Shown: positions 39,360 through 51,895, numbered from the whole stretch's first letter. The stretch is DNA of 58,627 nucleotides, filler included, from Dugesia japonica (GCA_001938525.1; 6 parts of 6 records of this genome joined end to end with filler, not necessarily neighbours in it), one strand, 5' to 3'. Notes: a model not told the origin generated them from the sequence alone. A program made the numbers and translations.

Positions 39360-40240
39360 TTATGTAGTAAAATATTTAGCCTTATATTTATCATAAATCT
39401 TGTTAGATATTAAACCCATCCTCTTTAATTTTTTACATACTTTTTTAATTTCTTCATCAACATTATCATGTCCAGATTTTGCTGCTGAAATTAATAATGT
39501 TAACTTTTCAAATAAGTTTACAGGATTGAAACCTTTTCCTTCTGTTAAATATTCTATTTCTGATTTATATTCTGATTCTGATTTAAGTTTTGGTTTAGAT
39601 TCTGATTTGACCATTTTCTTTCTTTTAGGTTTTACATTAACATCCACCTTTCTAAATTTTTTCTTTAATTTATTAACATAATCACTATTAGATGGTGTAG
39701 GAGAAATAAATTTATTTAAATAAATTTCAATATCTTCAGGTGTTTCTGTTCCATCTAGATTTCCTAAAATTATTCTAAAAATTCCATCGGTGTAAGGTAT
39801 GACTTCTGATTTAAATAAGAAATTTTTATTTCCTTCTTGTCCGGAGGCCAGTTCTGTGATTTCTTCAAATAAATAGATTTTATTTTCTTTTAAAGTTATT
39901 TCCATAAAACTTTTTATGTCATCAATACCACCAACATTTAATCTAGAAAATTTAGGAATAATTGATTGACTTAATTTTCCATTAGCATCAATATTTTCAA
40001 TGGAGTATTCAGGAATAAATGGAATTAATTTTTCATTTAAAAAGAATTTTGTTATATCTCTCGTTTCTATTTTTGGTTCTATTGTTTGCTTTGGAATTTT
40101 TTTCTATTGCTGAAATTAATGGTTGTTGCATGATAGATAATTCACTTTGCATGTTTCTTGTTTCAATAATATTACCACAGAAAAAATTATCATAATGCTT
40201 TTAATTCTTTAATTCTTTCTTCAACTTCTTTTGTATTCAT
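39360..40240 (-). pseudogene. Conserved Polinton structural/core gene ending in the NPxxLxExLxLLxxAxxxG helical motif
   Basis: MNTKEVEERIKEL..QQPLISAIEK (frameshifted) ..YTDGIFRII..EDIEIY..NPVNLFEKLTLLISAAKSGHDNVDEEI..L..MGLI, similar to the DPNELVxRLxLLxAxxxAGN family found in invertebrate Polintons. Confidence 0.65.
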
Positions 40241-40704
40241 GCTTCGCTATTTCTATAAGGATTTAAATAAAGTCCATCACCTTTCTGCACTACGTGTATT
40301 CCATCTNTAAATGTTTTTGTTACATCTTTCATGTTAGGATTAATATTTTTTAAATATTTATGAATTGCATTTCCCTGCCACGGATTTAAATAAACACCAT
40401 CACCCATTTGCTCGATTTCTTTTTGTGCTTTGATTGTATTTCTTGAATTTGTAACAGTAGATGCAATTCCAGATGCTAAACTTGCAGTTCCGGCTAACGC
40501 ACCGATAATTGCAGGTATTGCAGCTAGAAATGCAAATCATCCCTCGTGTTTTTTCTTTTTAAATTCATCTTTTACTTTTTTACTAATATAATAATTTTTA
40601 CCATTTATCTTTACAGATTTACATTTCTTTGAATTTATTATTTTTTCTAATTCTTCTTCTGAAGGATTAGACATCTTTGCACTCGTTTCAGTCGTTTGGC
40701 TCAT
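40237..40704 (-). pseudogene. Polinton Gly/Ala-rich amphipathic core or membrane-active precursor protein
   Basis: Reading through TGA at 40537-40539 gives KKHEG*FAFLAAIPAIIGALAGTASLASGIASTV...GDGVYLNP...GDGLYLNP; the stop is likely a mutated GGA of a GG|F site. Confidence 0.75.
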
Positions 40705-40721
40705 TTCATTCGCTATTTTTA

Positions 40722-43700
40722 TTATAAACAATTTAATATTTTATTTATCAAGTCTAATCTTAAATGCCACATTAAACACATTAAACATTCAAATTGATTT
40801 CCATGTGGCCAAGTTTTTGTTGCATTATCTTCTATAATTATTTTATCATCATATCCCATTAATGCAATCTTTATTTGTTTAACTATTTCAATTTTATGTA
40901 AATTAGATTTTAATAAATAATTAGTTCCATAAATTATTTTTTTAGAATCTATAGCTTTATCATAATCTTTCATCAATAATTTATTATTTTTCTTAACANN
41001 NNNATTTCTAGAATCAAACTTAGTACATCCTTTGTCGTTATAACTATAAGCATAAGATTTTGCTTTTATAAAATTACCTTGAATTATTTCACAATTAAGC
41101 ATTTCATCTTTCATCTGAAATAAATCATTTCCTAATAAACTTTATAATTTTATTAAATTATCTCTACCTTTTATTTCTGTAAAAACGCAATCCGTTTCGC
41201 TGTAATGTATTTTATAATTATCTTCTCCAATTAAAGGTTGCATTTGTTCGTATATAAAATTATACTTGACTTGTTTTGCATGTTCAAGAATTGTGAAACC
41301 AAATATGGAAATTTATTATATTTTAATTTTCCTTTTATCATATGCATTGCTGCAACGTTTGCTTCATTACTTTCATTTAATGTGAAGATTTTACTTGACT
41401 TAAAATTTATTATAGATGCAAACTTTTGATAATCTTTGTCATTATCTACAATTTCTATGTCACACCTATTTCTAATATTTTCTAATGTTTTTCCATAGAA
41501 AGCGTTTAACATTAATTTATAAATGTAAACTCAAAAACATCTTTGTTTCTTTTTGATTCTTTTCTTAAAGCTACTAATTTATGAACATGTTCTTTAAACC
41601 ATGGAGATGTTCTCATTTTAATTTTCTTGTGAACTTTTTTTAGTTTCATTCCAAGTTTTAAATATAAATCTAATGTGCTACCTAGAACTACATAATTTTT
41701 CTTGTTAAATTGATTCAGTGTAAGTTTAACATTATTCTTTCCAATTTTCTTATTAAAACTTTTTTGATAATTACTTAACATGTCTTGTGTAATATTTATT
41801 CTTTCTGGATATAATGAAAAATATTTTGTCTTTTCATGTATTTGTAGTGGATATTCTAAATCAACTTCATAAATGTAATTTATTTCATCTGTTGACATTT
41901 CATATATTAAATCTTCACACTCGCTCATTTCACCTGTTGGTAATGGTCTTGTCATACAACTTGCATATAAAGAATTTTCATCAATATATTTTATAAATGT
42001 TTCTTCAAAATAACCATCTGGAATATTTTTCTTTTCTTTTAATATTTTAAGTAGATCGTATCTTTGTGCTTTATTTATTTGTCTGTAAGGTTTTATGGAG
42101 TTATAAGCAAATACTTGTCTTTCACCTAAAACACCAGAATATCCACCTCTAATACCTTCTTCAATCATTAAGAANNNNNNNNNNNNNNNNNNNNNNNNNN
42201 NNNNNNNNNNNNNNNNNNNNNNNNNNNNNNNNNNNNNNNNNNNNNNNNNNNNNNNNNNNNNNNNNNNNNNNNNNNNNNNNNNNNNNNNNNNNNNNNNNNN
42301 NNNNNNNNNNNNNNNNNNNNNNNNNNNNNNNNNNNNNNNNNNNNNNNNNNNNNNNNNNNNNNNNNNNNNNNNNNNNNNNNNNNNNNNNNNNNNNNNNNNN
42401 NNNNNNNNNNNNNNNNNNNNNNNNNNNNNNNTGTGAAAGTGTATTGAAGAAATCTTGTTTTACTGGTATTTTATTTAATTTTAATAATTCTTCAACTTCT
42501 GTGATTTTATTTCCTTTTACACATTCATATGGAAATATAGCTTTCTTCGGTCTTAAATTAAATGAATTTAAAATTGGATAATTATTAGATTGTGTTAATA
42601 ATTTTCCCATTACTTCAATTGATGTAAATGGAAGTAATCTTGCTGAATCTAAAAATTTAATATTTTCATATTGAAATGAAATGTAATTATCACTTGTGTG
42701 TGGAATTATATTTTTTACTTTTGATGGATATTTTATTAATAATTCTCTAAAGAATAAATGATTACCATAACTTGATGCATTATGAAAATAAAATGGTATA
42801 AATAAAATTTTTACACTTTTGTCATTTACATTACAACGATTACATGNNNNNNNNNNNNNNNNNNNNNNNNNNNNNNNNNNNNNNNNNNNNNNNNNNNNNN
42901 NNNNNNNNNNNNNNNNNNNNNNNNNNNNNNNNNNNNNNNNNNNNNNNNNNNNNNNNNNNNNNNNNNNNNNNNNNNNNNNNNNNNNNNNNNNNNNNNNNNN
43001 NNNNNNNNNNNNNNNNNNNNNNNNNNNNNNNNNNNNNNNNNNNNNNNNNNNNNNNNNNNNNNNNNNNNNNNNNNNNNNNNNNNNNNNNNNNNNNNTAATC
43101 TGATTTTAAATAAATACCTAATGATAAAGCTTTTTGTTTTTTATTTAAATTTGTGTAAGATTCGAAATCTCCAATTAATACAAATGGCATTTTATTTTTC
43201 TGATAATATTTCTTAAAAGAATAGTAATCATCATATTTAAATATAATATTATTTGGTTTGTGGTGAATACATAATTCTTGATGTTTCATTAAAACTTCTT
43301 CACTTGAATAACAATTCATACATCGTATGCATGGATAATTTCTATTTCCATTAGTTGTAAAAAATACAGTTAGATCTCTACATAAAATATAATGATCTTT
43401 ATAAACTAACAAATTACATTTATTTTCTTCAGGTTGTGGTTTTATTGTAAAATGTGAAATGNNNNNNNNNNNNNNNNNNNNNNNNNNNNNNNNNNNNNNN
43501 NCATTTATTTCTAAATTATTTAATTTCTCAAACTTTTTTATATCATCAATAATCATTGGAAATTTAAAACCACTATATTTTAATTCTGTTAAATGTAGAA
43601 TATAATTTTCTACTCTTGTTGGTTGATCAACTGGATATTTATGTGCTAATATTGAATATAGAAAACATTTATCATCTTTATTTTCTATATTTATTACACC

Positions 43701-44505
43701 TGGTTTTTTAAATGGTAATTTACAATATGTTGCTCCGGCTAATGATTGATATTTACTTAAATCTATTTTATAATCCACAACATGTGACATGCTCCATCCT
43801 GAGCCTTCTTTATCTTCATCTTCAATATATCTTTGTAGTTCATTAAACATTTCATTGACACCGTTTTGTATTTCACTTTGAATTGTAAATCTTTTATTAA
43901 TCGAATATGAACTAAAATCTCTTTCGGCATGTTCATTATTTATTTCTTTTGTATATCTACATTTAACTATCATACTTACAAGAATCTTTTTTTCCATAAT
44001 TAAAATATTTAGTAATAATGTCTTCTACTTCATCTTGAAATAAATTAATTTCTCTAACTGGTTCATATATTTCATCCACATTTAATTTCATTACTATTTT
44101 GCTTTCCTTGAAATATTCAATTTCATAATCTTTATATTCTCTTAAAAGATCTCTAATTTCTGGTTCATAATCAATTGCTTCTTCGCCTAGTAATTCTTCA
44201 AAGAAAACTTTGTTTACCATTTCTTTGTGTGCTTTAGAATTATAATGTGTTCTTGCATGATTTTGTCTTTGAAATCTTTTATTACAAATTTCACAAAATA
44301 ATGGAACAATATTTGGATTTCCACATTTTGTTGAATTTAAATGTTCTTGTAAACCATTTTCTAAATTAAATCTTTTATGACATCTTTCACATTGAAATGT
44401 TGTGTTTTCTTTATAACAAGTTCGAGATTTAACATGACTCATTAATCCTGCTCTATTTTTAAATGTTTTATTACAGTTTTCACATCTTATTATTAGGTTG
44501 CTCAT
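40722..44505 (-). pseudogene. Polinton pPolB (copy 3), near full length, with N-terminal zinc fingers
   Basis: Three ZnF, GSGW, INIENKDDKCF, ExoI DFES, CNRCN..FHNASSY (ExoII), FLDS, FPYE, GIRGG, YIDENSLY, LNAFYGKTLEN, YSETDC, YDDK..TWPHG; several frameshifts and gaps. Confidence 0.95.
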
Positions 44506-44569
44506 GTTTGCTATTTTCCATAGAATTAATTTAATCATACACACTCTAAAAGGGGGTATGTTTCCTCTT

Positions 44570-44905
44570 AAATGTTTCCTCTTAAATTTATATTTTTTAT
44601 ATTTACATCCTCTTAAATTTACATTCGACATTTTTCATCTAACACTTTACATTCGACATTTTTCCTCTGACACTTTACATTTGTGTTTAACATCTAACAT
44701 TTTACATTCGAAACTTTTCAATTACTTTTTTACATCTGACATTTTTCATTTGTGTTTTACATCAAACATCTTACAATTACTTCTTACATCTAACATTTTA
44801 CAATTAATTTTTTCATCTGACACTTTAAAATTACTTTTTACATTTTTCATTTTTCATATGACACTTTACAATTACTTTTTACATTTTTCATTTATGTTTG
44901 ACATT
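44570..44905. repeat. Array of CATCT(A/G)ACA(C/T)TTTACA units upstream of pPolB, likely a subterminal or promoter repeat
   Basis: Many degenerate short units; loosely the reverse complement of the 39240-39348 array. Confidence 0.7.
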
Positions 44906-45001
44906 TTTTTCATAAAAAAATATTTGGTATGGTAAAGGGTACCACCCTGTCGGTAAACAGTAAATATCCTATTACTTATATGTTTTATTGAAATAAAAAA
45001 A

Positions 45002-45321
45002 ATGAAATCAGAAAGAAGAATTCCATTTTTTACTGCATTAATAAAATCATCAAGATTTTCTAGAATGAAAATTTTGCAATCATTTCCACCATATTTTATA
45101 CCTGATTTAATTGAAATTATTGTAAATATTGTTCGCAGTAATGTAAATTTGAGCAATACTAGAAAGATGTATTAAAAAAACATAAAAATCTTGTTAACGC
45201 TTGTAAATACAAAAAATAGAAAATTGATGAGACAAGTAATAATGAATAATCAAGGAGGTGGTTTATAGCAGCATTACTTCAAATTGCACTAGCAGCATTA
45301 GGATTAACTCATTTTAAATAA
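45002..45321 (+). pseudogene. Small basic Polinton core protein ending in a QGG-hydrophobic tail
   Basis: MKSERRIPFFTALIKSSRFSRMKILQSF..LIEIIVNIVRSNV..RKLMRQVIMNNQGGG then LLQIALAALGL; stops and frameshifts. Confidence 0.6.
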
Positions 45322-45414
45322 ACAATTCTATGTTTATAGTAATATTTAAATAAAAAATGTGTGGATTGCTATCATTACCTAATTTTGACCTGAAATGTGC
45401 ATCGAATTGTTGTA

Positions 45415-46470
45415 ATGGGAAAACTAAAGACAATATGAACGGATCCAAAATACCCAGCAAGTTTTTGAAACGTATACAAATTGATGAAAGCAACACAAAA
45501 GTCAAAAAAAAAGACAAAAAAGTGATTATCTGGAGAATTAGCGTACAGCATGAACAAAGCAATGTTAAAAAGATTTCCAACACGAGCATATAAAACATAT
45601 GGTATTGATGATTTATGGCAAATGGATCTAATGAAGATGATTCCATATTCAAAAATTAATAAAGGGTACAAGTATATTTTGACACGTATAGATGTATTTA
45701 GTAGATTTGCAAGACCTGTTCCAGTTAAATCAAAATCCGCTAATGATATGGAACCAGCAATCAAATCAATGTTAAAAAATGGACATTCAAATAATTTACA
45801 AACAACTTTGGGTAAAGAATTTTCCAATTCTAAGGTGAAACTACTGGTAAATCATCTAAAAATAACCCATTATAGTATATTCTCACAATATAAAGCTGCG
45901 CCTGTAGAGAAATTTAATCGTACATTGAGAGATGCATTGAACAAGTTCTTTGTACATGTTAGTAATAAGACTTGGATAAATTTTTTACCGAAACTTATTC
46001 ATAGTTGTAATAATACTGGTCATAAGGGATTAAATGGAGCAAGTCCGGTTGATGTAAGTACAAATAATCAATTATAATTATGGTTATCGTGAAAACATTC
46101 AAAAGCAAATAAAAAACCAAAGTATAATGTTGGTGATCATGTGAAAATCTCAAAAATATCAGCTTCACCATTTTTCAAGAATTTCAATAGTAATTGGAGT
46201 GATGAAGTGTTTCAAATAACAAAAATAAACACTAAACAAAATTCGGTCATGTATGTTATTAAAGATTATGAAGATAATATTGTTCAAGGAAAATTCTATG
46301 AACAAGAATTACAAGTTATTCCACCACCAGAGATATATAGAATAGAAACAATAATCAAATTAAAAGGATCAGGAAAGAATAAACAATACTATGTAAAGTG
46401 GCATGAATACAAAAAACCAAGTTGGATATAAGCATCACAAATAGTCAATCAAGAAGAAAATTCAGATTAA
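45415..46470 (+). pseudogene. Polinton retroviral-like (rve) integrase with C-terminal chromodomain
   Basis: TDPKYPAS, IDDLWQMDL, NKGYKYIL, IDVFSRF, LQTTLGKEF (second catalytic D lost), VEKFNRTL, NWSDEVF, GKFYEQELQ, YYVKW..Y...SWI; in-frame stops. Confidence 0.95.
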
Positions 46471-46471
46471 A

Positions 46472-47460
46472 TCGAGTAATTTCTTTACACTTTTACCAAG
46501 TAATAGCTGTCCACTTATTCATCTAGAAAATAATGCTAGTAAATTCATTGTTGAGCTTCAAAATTCAATTTATATGGATAGTAGCATTGTTAGATTTTAC
46601 CTTTGTATATCAAACATTTCCTTTGTATAGCAATTTTAAAATTCAATAAATGACATCTAAAAATATAGTAAATGAAATAGCTGTTACACTTAATCACAAA
46701 ACAAGAAAAATGAGTATGCTTTCATATCTTACTGAGGATATTTAACTTTTGGTTGTGAATATCTATATGTACTTACATTTAAACATGAGAAAATCTCACA
46801 TAAATTTGGATTCTGATATAAACTTAACGACATGGATAAAGCATGGCTTTCTATTATGTATTCATTATTTAAAAATGATTCTTCATTAGAAAATGTAAAC
46901 ATTTTAATGGCTTATTCTAAAGTAACGTATCATAATATAAAGTTAAAACATGAATTATACTTAACAGAAATAGAGCAACTAAGTACAAATTTAACAGAAA
47001 GCGGATCTAAACTAGTTAAAATAATTTCTCTNAAAGCAAATAATCTATTTCAATTCTCACTGAATGATAATATCAAAACGGTTACATTCGATAAAGTCTT
47101 GTCAAGAACATTGGAGTTAGAAAAAGAACATCATTCACTTGCAGATATAAAGAATGGTGTATACAAGGTGATAAAATCCAAACATTATTAAGTTACATTA
47201 GCAAATGTTCACCTATAGTAGTCTTGTTGAACCTATAATTGTAGGAGATGTTAGTGTATCTTTGTTGAAGTCAATATGGATAGAAAACCATGACACTGAT
47301 GAAGTAGTACAAATAATAGTTGATAATCCAATGTATTTACCTATTGCAACATCATGTATAAACAATATAGAAATTAATATACGCCATGATANCGGAAAAT
47401 NTATCAAGTCTCCAAAAGATTCAAAAACCCATTAAATTTTACATTTTAGAAAACTAAATA
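46472..47460 (+). pseudogene. Polinton minor capsid protein (penton)
   Basis: FFTLLPSNS..NASKFIVEL at the start; YSSLVEPIIVGD..SLL..PMYLPI..INNIEINI..LHFRK at the end. Confidence 0.85.
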
Positions 47461-47905
47461 ATGAATCCTGATATTTTTTCAATGTATAGTACTAGTCAAG
47501 TAGGTATAGAATTACCTTACTTTCTTGGAAAGCAGTATGGATCTGGTTGGTTGAGAACAATAGGTAGATTTGCTTTGCCGATTCTTAAACGTATTGGTTC
47601 TTTTGGTATGAAAACAGCTCAGACTGTACTAGTTAATGAATTAAAAATACTACCAGCATTGAAATCAAATGCATTAGCTGAACTTGGAAATGTAGTTTCT
47701 TCCTTACCCTAGTGCAGTTAGCAGTATGATTCCAAAAGTAGCAAACATATTACCGCAAAGTATAACTAATAAAATACCATCTGAAATAACTAATATGCTA
47801 TTAAATCACGTCAAAACACCACAAAGTAGTAGAAAACGTAAGAAATCTCATGAATCACGTATAAACAAACGAATGAGAGGCAATGAAACAATATTTGAAA
47901 AATGA
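47461..47905 (+). pseudogene. Polinton basic core protein (PZ-like, QxGxG family)
   Basis: YSTSQVG..PYFLGKQYGSGWLRTIGRFALPILK; frameshift at ~47710 leads to a basic tail RKRKK..KRMRGNETIFEK*. Confidence 0.75.
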
Positions 47906-49095
47906 TTTGCGATAAAACTGAATTATGCATTTTTGATCGACCATCTCTTCAAGCTGTAATTGAAAGTGATAGTTTCGAAGAAACTATCGAATTTATTCAA
48001 AGTTTTTAATAAATTGATCTCAAACCGAATATTTGGATTTGAATGATACTTTATTGTATATTAAAGTAAAGGTAGTTGATAAGGATGGTAAAGATTTGGC
48101 TGACACTCATGATGCAGTTCCGAGTAATTATATGCTGCATACACTTTTCAAGGATGTTATACTTTCGTTTAATAATTTCATAATTCAATGTGAAATGGAT
48201 CTTATCTTCACAAATCAATAATTGAAACTATAATAAATTATAATTGTGATAGTAAAAATATCTATCTTGCAGCAATGGGATATAAAGCAGAAGCAGATAG
48301 AAAAAGTCTATTAAAATATCAAAAAAATTGGCTCTATAAGGTTCATTACAACTAGATTTCATGGAGCAACCAAAATACCTTGTTCCTGGTATCAATGTTC
48401 ATATTCGAATGAAATAATCACCTGCTAAGATTTGTTTAAAATCTGCAGCTAATGAAGCAAGATATATATTACTAGATGCAAAATTAATGGTTAAACGTGT
48501 AAGCGTTGAACCCTCAGTACTAGTTGCTCATCAATTGGGTCTAACAAAGCAAAATGCTGTTTACCCAAAAAGAACCAAAGAAGTTGTTGCATTTGCTATT
48601 AGTAAAGATAGCTCATTGTTCTATAAGGAACAAATCTTTGGTGATCGTTGATTACCTAGCTTTATTTTGCTTACATTTTAAAGTGGTGAAGAATATAATG
48701 ATAGCTATAAAAGCTCGAGTTCAAAATTTNNNNNNNNNNNNNNNNNNNNNNNNNNNTTGAAGAAAAACACTGATTATCGAGACAGACATACTCAAGATTT
48801 TATAAACAATAATTATTCCACAACATATTTGCAATTTATAGTACAAATTATGGGTTATTTGGATAAGAATATGAATTGTGGAATAACACTTCAAGATTTC
48901 AAGTACAATTATTCCTTCTTTAAATTTTTTCTTTCTCCAGATTTTGATATAAATCAGAGCCAATTACCTCAACAAGGAAATTTGAGATTGAATATCAAGT
49001 TTGCCAAAGCTTTAACAACATCGGCAAATGTTCTCATTTATGAAGTATTTGAAAAAGAAATTCAGATTAAAGAAAACGGAACAGTATTAGTGTAA
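47902..49095 (+). pseudogene. Polinton double jelly-roll major capsid protein
   Basis: MICDKTELCIFDRPSLQ, LDLNDTLLYIKVKV, NYMLHTLFKDV, QPKYLVPG, DAKLMVKRV, QGNLRLNIKFAKAL; frameshifted. Confidence 0.9.
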
Positions 49096-49123
49096 AGAAT
49101 ATGATGGGTAATTGGTAAATGTT

Positions 49124-49509
49124 ATGAAGTAAGTGTTATTATATTAATGATTTTTATTTTAGTAGTACTCTTCAGATTGATCGGATTGCCTCAAAGTGGC
49201 TTGGACCAACATGGTTAGGTGTTCATTCGTTTGATAAACTTCCAAATAATATTCCAGTAAACAGTGCCTTAATTGCCAATACTCATACATCAAATCTACT
49301 TGAAGAACATTAATTAATTGAAGAACAATAAACAGTCTAAAATAATAGTATTTGATCGATTAGGATTTTATTATCCGTCAATGTTGGTGTCACATTTATC
49401 AAAATTAGCAAAACCAATTATGTACAACAAAATTCGTTATCAAGGCCAATTTACAACACCCTGTGGTCAACACTGTTTATTATGGTTGAAAAAACAACGT
49501 TATAATTGA
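49124..49509 (+). pseudogene. Adenain-like cysteine maturation protease
   Basis: STLQIDR, WLGVHSFDKLP, IANTH..EH*, FDRLG, YQGQFTTPCGQHC (H/D/Q/C residues recognisable); the start appears to need splicing. Confidence 0.85.
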
Positions 49510-49725
49510 GACATTTATTTGTTATACAAAAATATTTTTTCTTATTGAAAAATATTTTGTTCATTTATTTAAATAAAACAATACCAATTAATAACACCTA
49601 ATTTATAAAATACATAATTTAAATTAACAATAACTCATTTTATTATTTTAAAAAATAAATTTTTTTATTTATAATATGAGTTTGCGTATGTAATTATTTA
49701 TTATTTTGACACGATTTATTATCAA

Positions 49726-49841
49726 AATTAACAAATTTTATTTAAAATACCGCAACGTAATATTTCTGTAATATTTCAAATAAAATTTTAAATATTTCAG
49801 ACATATTACGTTGTGGTATTTTAAATCAAATTTGTAAAATT
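49726..49841. repeat. ~115-bp imperfect hairpin
   Basis: TTTAAAATACCGCAACGTAATAT pairs with ATATTACGTTGTGGTATTTTAAA, with further pairing inside and outside. Confidence 0.75.
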
Positions 49842-50141
49842 CTAATTATGAAATCTATTACTATCATACATACATAATCGTATTTCATTGGATACTCAAT
49901 AAACCATGATAAATTAGTAATTATTTATCACAATTAAAAAATTATTAATTTAATTGAGTGAATTTTGGCGGAGTTAAAAAAGTAAATTAATTATTTCTTT
50001 TATTTTTTATTATTAATTTGATATATAGGAAGAAATTTCAATTCATCCATGAATAATGTAAATTTATTATTAATAATTATTTAATTAATTTTCTTTANNN
50101 NNNNNNNNNNNNNNNNNNNNNNNNNNNNNNNNNNNNNNNNN

Positions 50142-50153
50142 TTAATTAATTAA
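50142..50153. other. Artificial contig-joining spacer
   Basis: TTAATTAATTAA flanked by 44 N on each side. Confidence 0.97.
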
Positions 50154-50197
50154 NNNNNNNNNNNNNNNNNNNNNNNNNNNNNNNNNNNNNNNNNNNN

Positions 50198-51135
50198 GTC
50201 TCTATATTTAGCAAGGGATGGGGTAGACTTGGTATTTGGCAAGGAATAAGGCAGTCTAAAATTCATAGGCATGGGATTTTCATTGTTTATGTACTACATC
50301 TGAGTTGCCTCTGAGTTGCATACCTATTGCATTTTTTTCAGAAATCAATAAAAATTCCCAGGCACTTGATTTTCAGTGCATGTGTCATGCATCTGAGTTG
50401 CATGCCCTATTACATTTATTTAAAAAATTTAAAATAGCAGCTATGTTAAGTTATAAAAAATGGTTGTTATGTTGAGATTTAAAAATTTCTTTTGGCTGGA
50501 AGTTAAAAAGAATTTATTAAAATTTCTCAGGCGCGTGATTTTCAGTGTATCTGTGTTGCATCTGAGTTGCATACCTATTGCATTTATTAAATTTATTTTA
50601 AAAATCAATAAAAATTAAATAAATAAAGACCAATTGTTGCTGTATGGCATTCCTATTGCATTCATAATTAAATCATTGAGGTAGTCTTAATATTTATGTA
50701 TGATATTAAGCAGTCTTGAAATTTTTTTATATTGGATAGTCTAAAATTTAAATAAGTTAATTAAAATTAATTAATTAAAATTAATTAATTAAAATTAATT
50801 AATTAAAATTAATTAATTAAANNNNNNNNNNNNNNNNNNNTTAATTAAAATTAATTAATTAAAATTAATTAATTAAAATTAATTAATTAAAATTAATTAA
50901 TTAAATATTAATTAAATATTAAATAATTGATAAATATTCAAAAAGTGGAGTCTTTGGGATATTTACATGATAAAATATATCTATCAAAAAACTTCAAAGA
51001 AGAAAGTCTTTGTTATAATTAGATGACTAAATATTCAAATTAAAACTTTTCATTACAAAAAAAACATTAGTCATGCAATTTTTCTATAAAAAACATATTA
51101 GTCATGCAATTTTTAATAAAAAATTTCATTATCAA
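50198..51135 (+). repeat. Left TIR (truncated by the contig start; contains a (TTAATTAAAA)n expansion at 50757-50905)
   Basis: For example TATGTTGAGATTTAAAAATTTCTTTTGGCTGGAA (~50468-50501) versus TTCCAGCCAAAAAGAAATTTTTAAAACTCAACATA (55617-55651). Confidence 0.85.
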
Positions 51136-51895
51136 TGCAATGTTTAATGAAAAATCTCATTAACTATGCAAATTTTAATATAAAATATCATCTGCGATGC
51201 AATTTCTAATAAACAACATATTAACTGAGAACAGTTCTTCACAAAATGATAAAAAAAAAACAGAAAACATTTGATAAAAATCATAAATTCATGGAACCTT
51301 TCCATATATAACTGATAAGTCTATATAAAAACTTATAAGAACATATTTTTATGATTGTATAGGGTTATTAAGTGTATTATTTACATAGTAACCCTGTATT
51401 ATTTACATAGGAATTTACATTATAAGATAGAGTATATAGGATTTATGAGTGTATAATGTTTATACATGTGTGGAAAGTTTCCATGTATAACTTAAAATTA
51501 CTGTATAAATAATTTATAAGTGAATATTTTTATGAATGTTTAGGGTTTATGAGTATATTATTTACATAGTTGCCTTGTAATATTTACATAGTAACTGTGT
51601 ATTATAGTGTTTATGAGTTTAATATTTGTATNTTTGCATTGTAATTTTTACTTATCAACTATGTANTATAGGTTTTATACGTGTATTATTTATATAACAA
51701 CAATGTATTATTTTCATAGAAACTGTGCTATATAAGACCTATGAGGGTATTTGTTACACTGGATAATTTGATTACCATTTGATTATCTTAGTTTTCTTTA
51801 ATTTATCAATAATTTATTACATTTTATATATTTTTTTAACGAATCAATTAAATTAAATCCATCAAAATCTCAATGTTCCTCTTAATTCATTAATT

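Noticed and set aside
42819-43103. ORFs consisting mostly of X (also around 11030-11326)
   Set aside because: Open only because of N gaps
44498-44935. 145-aa plus-strand ORF
   Set aside because: Translation of the short-unit repeat array; repetitive and without recognisable motifs
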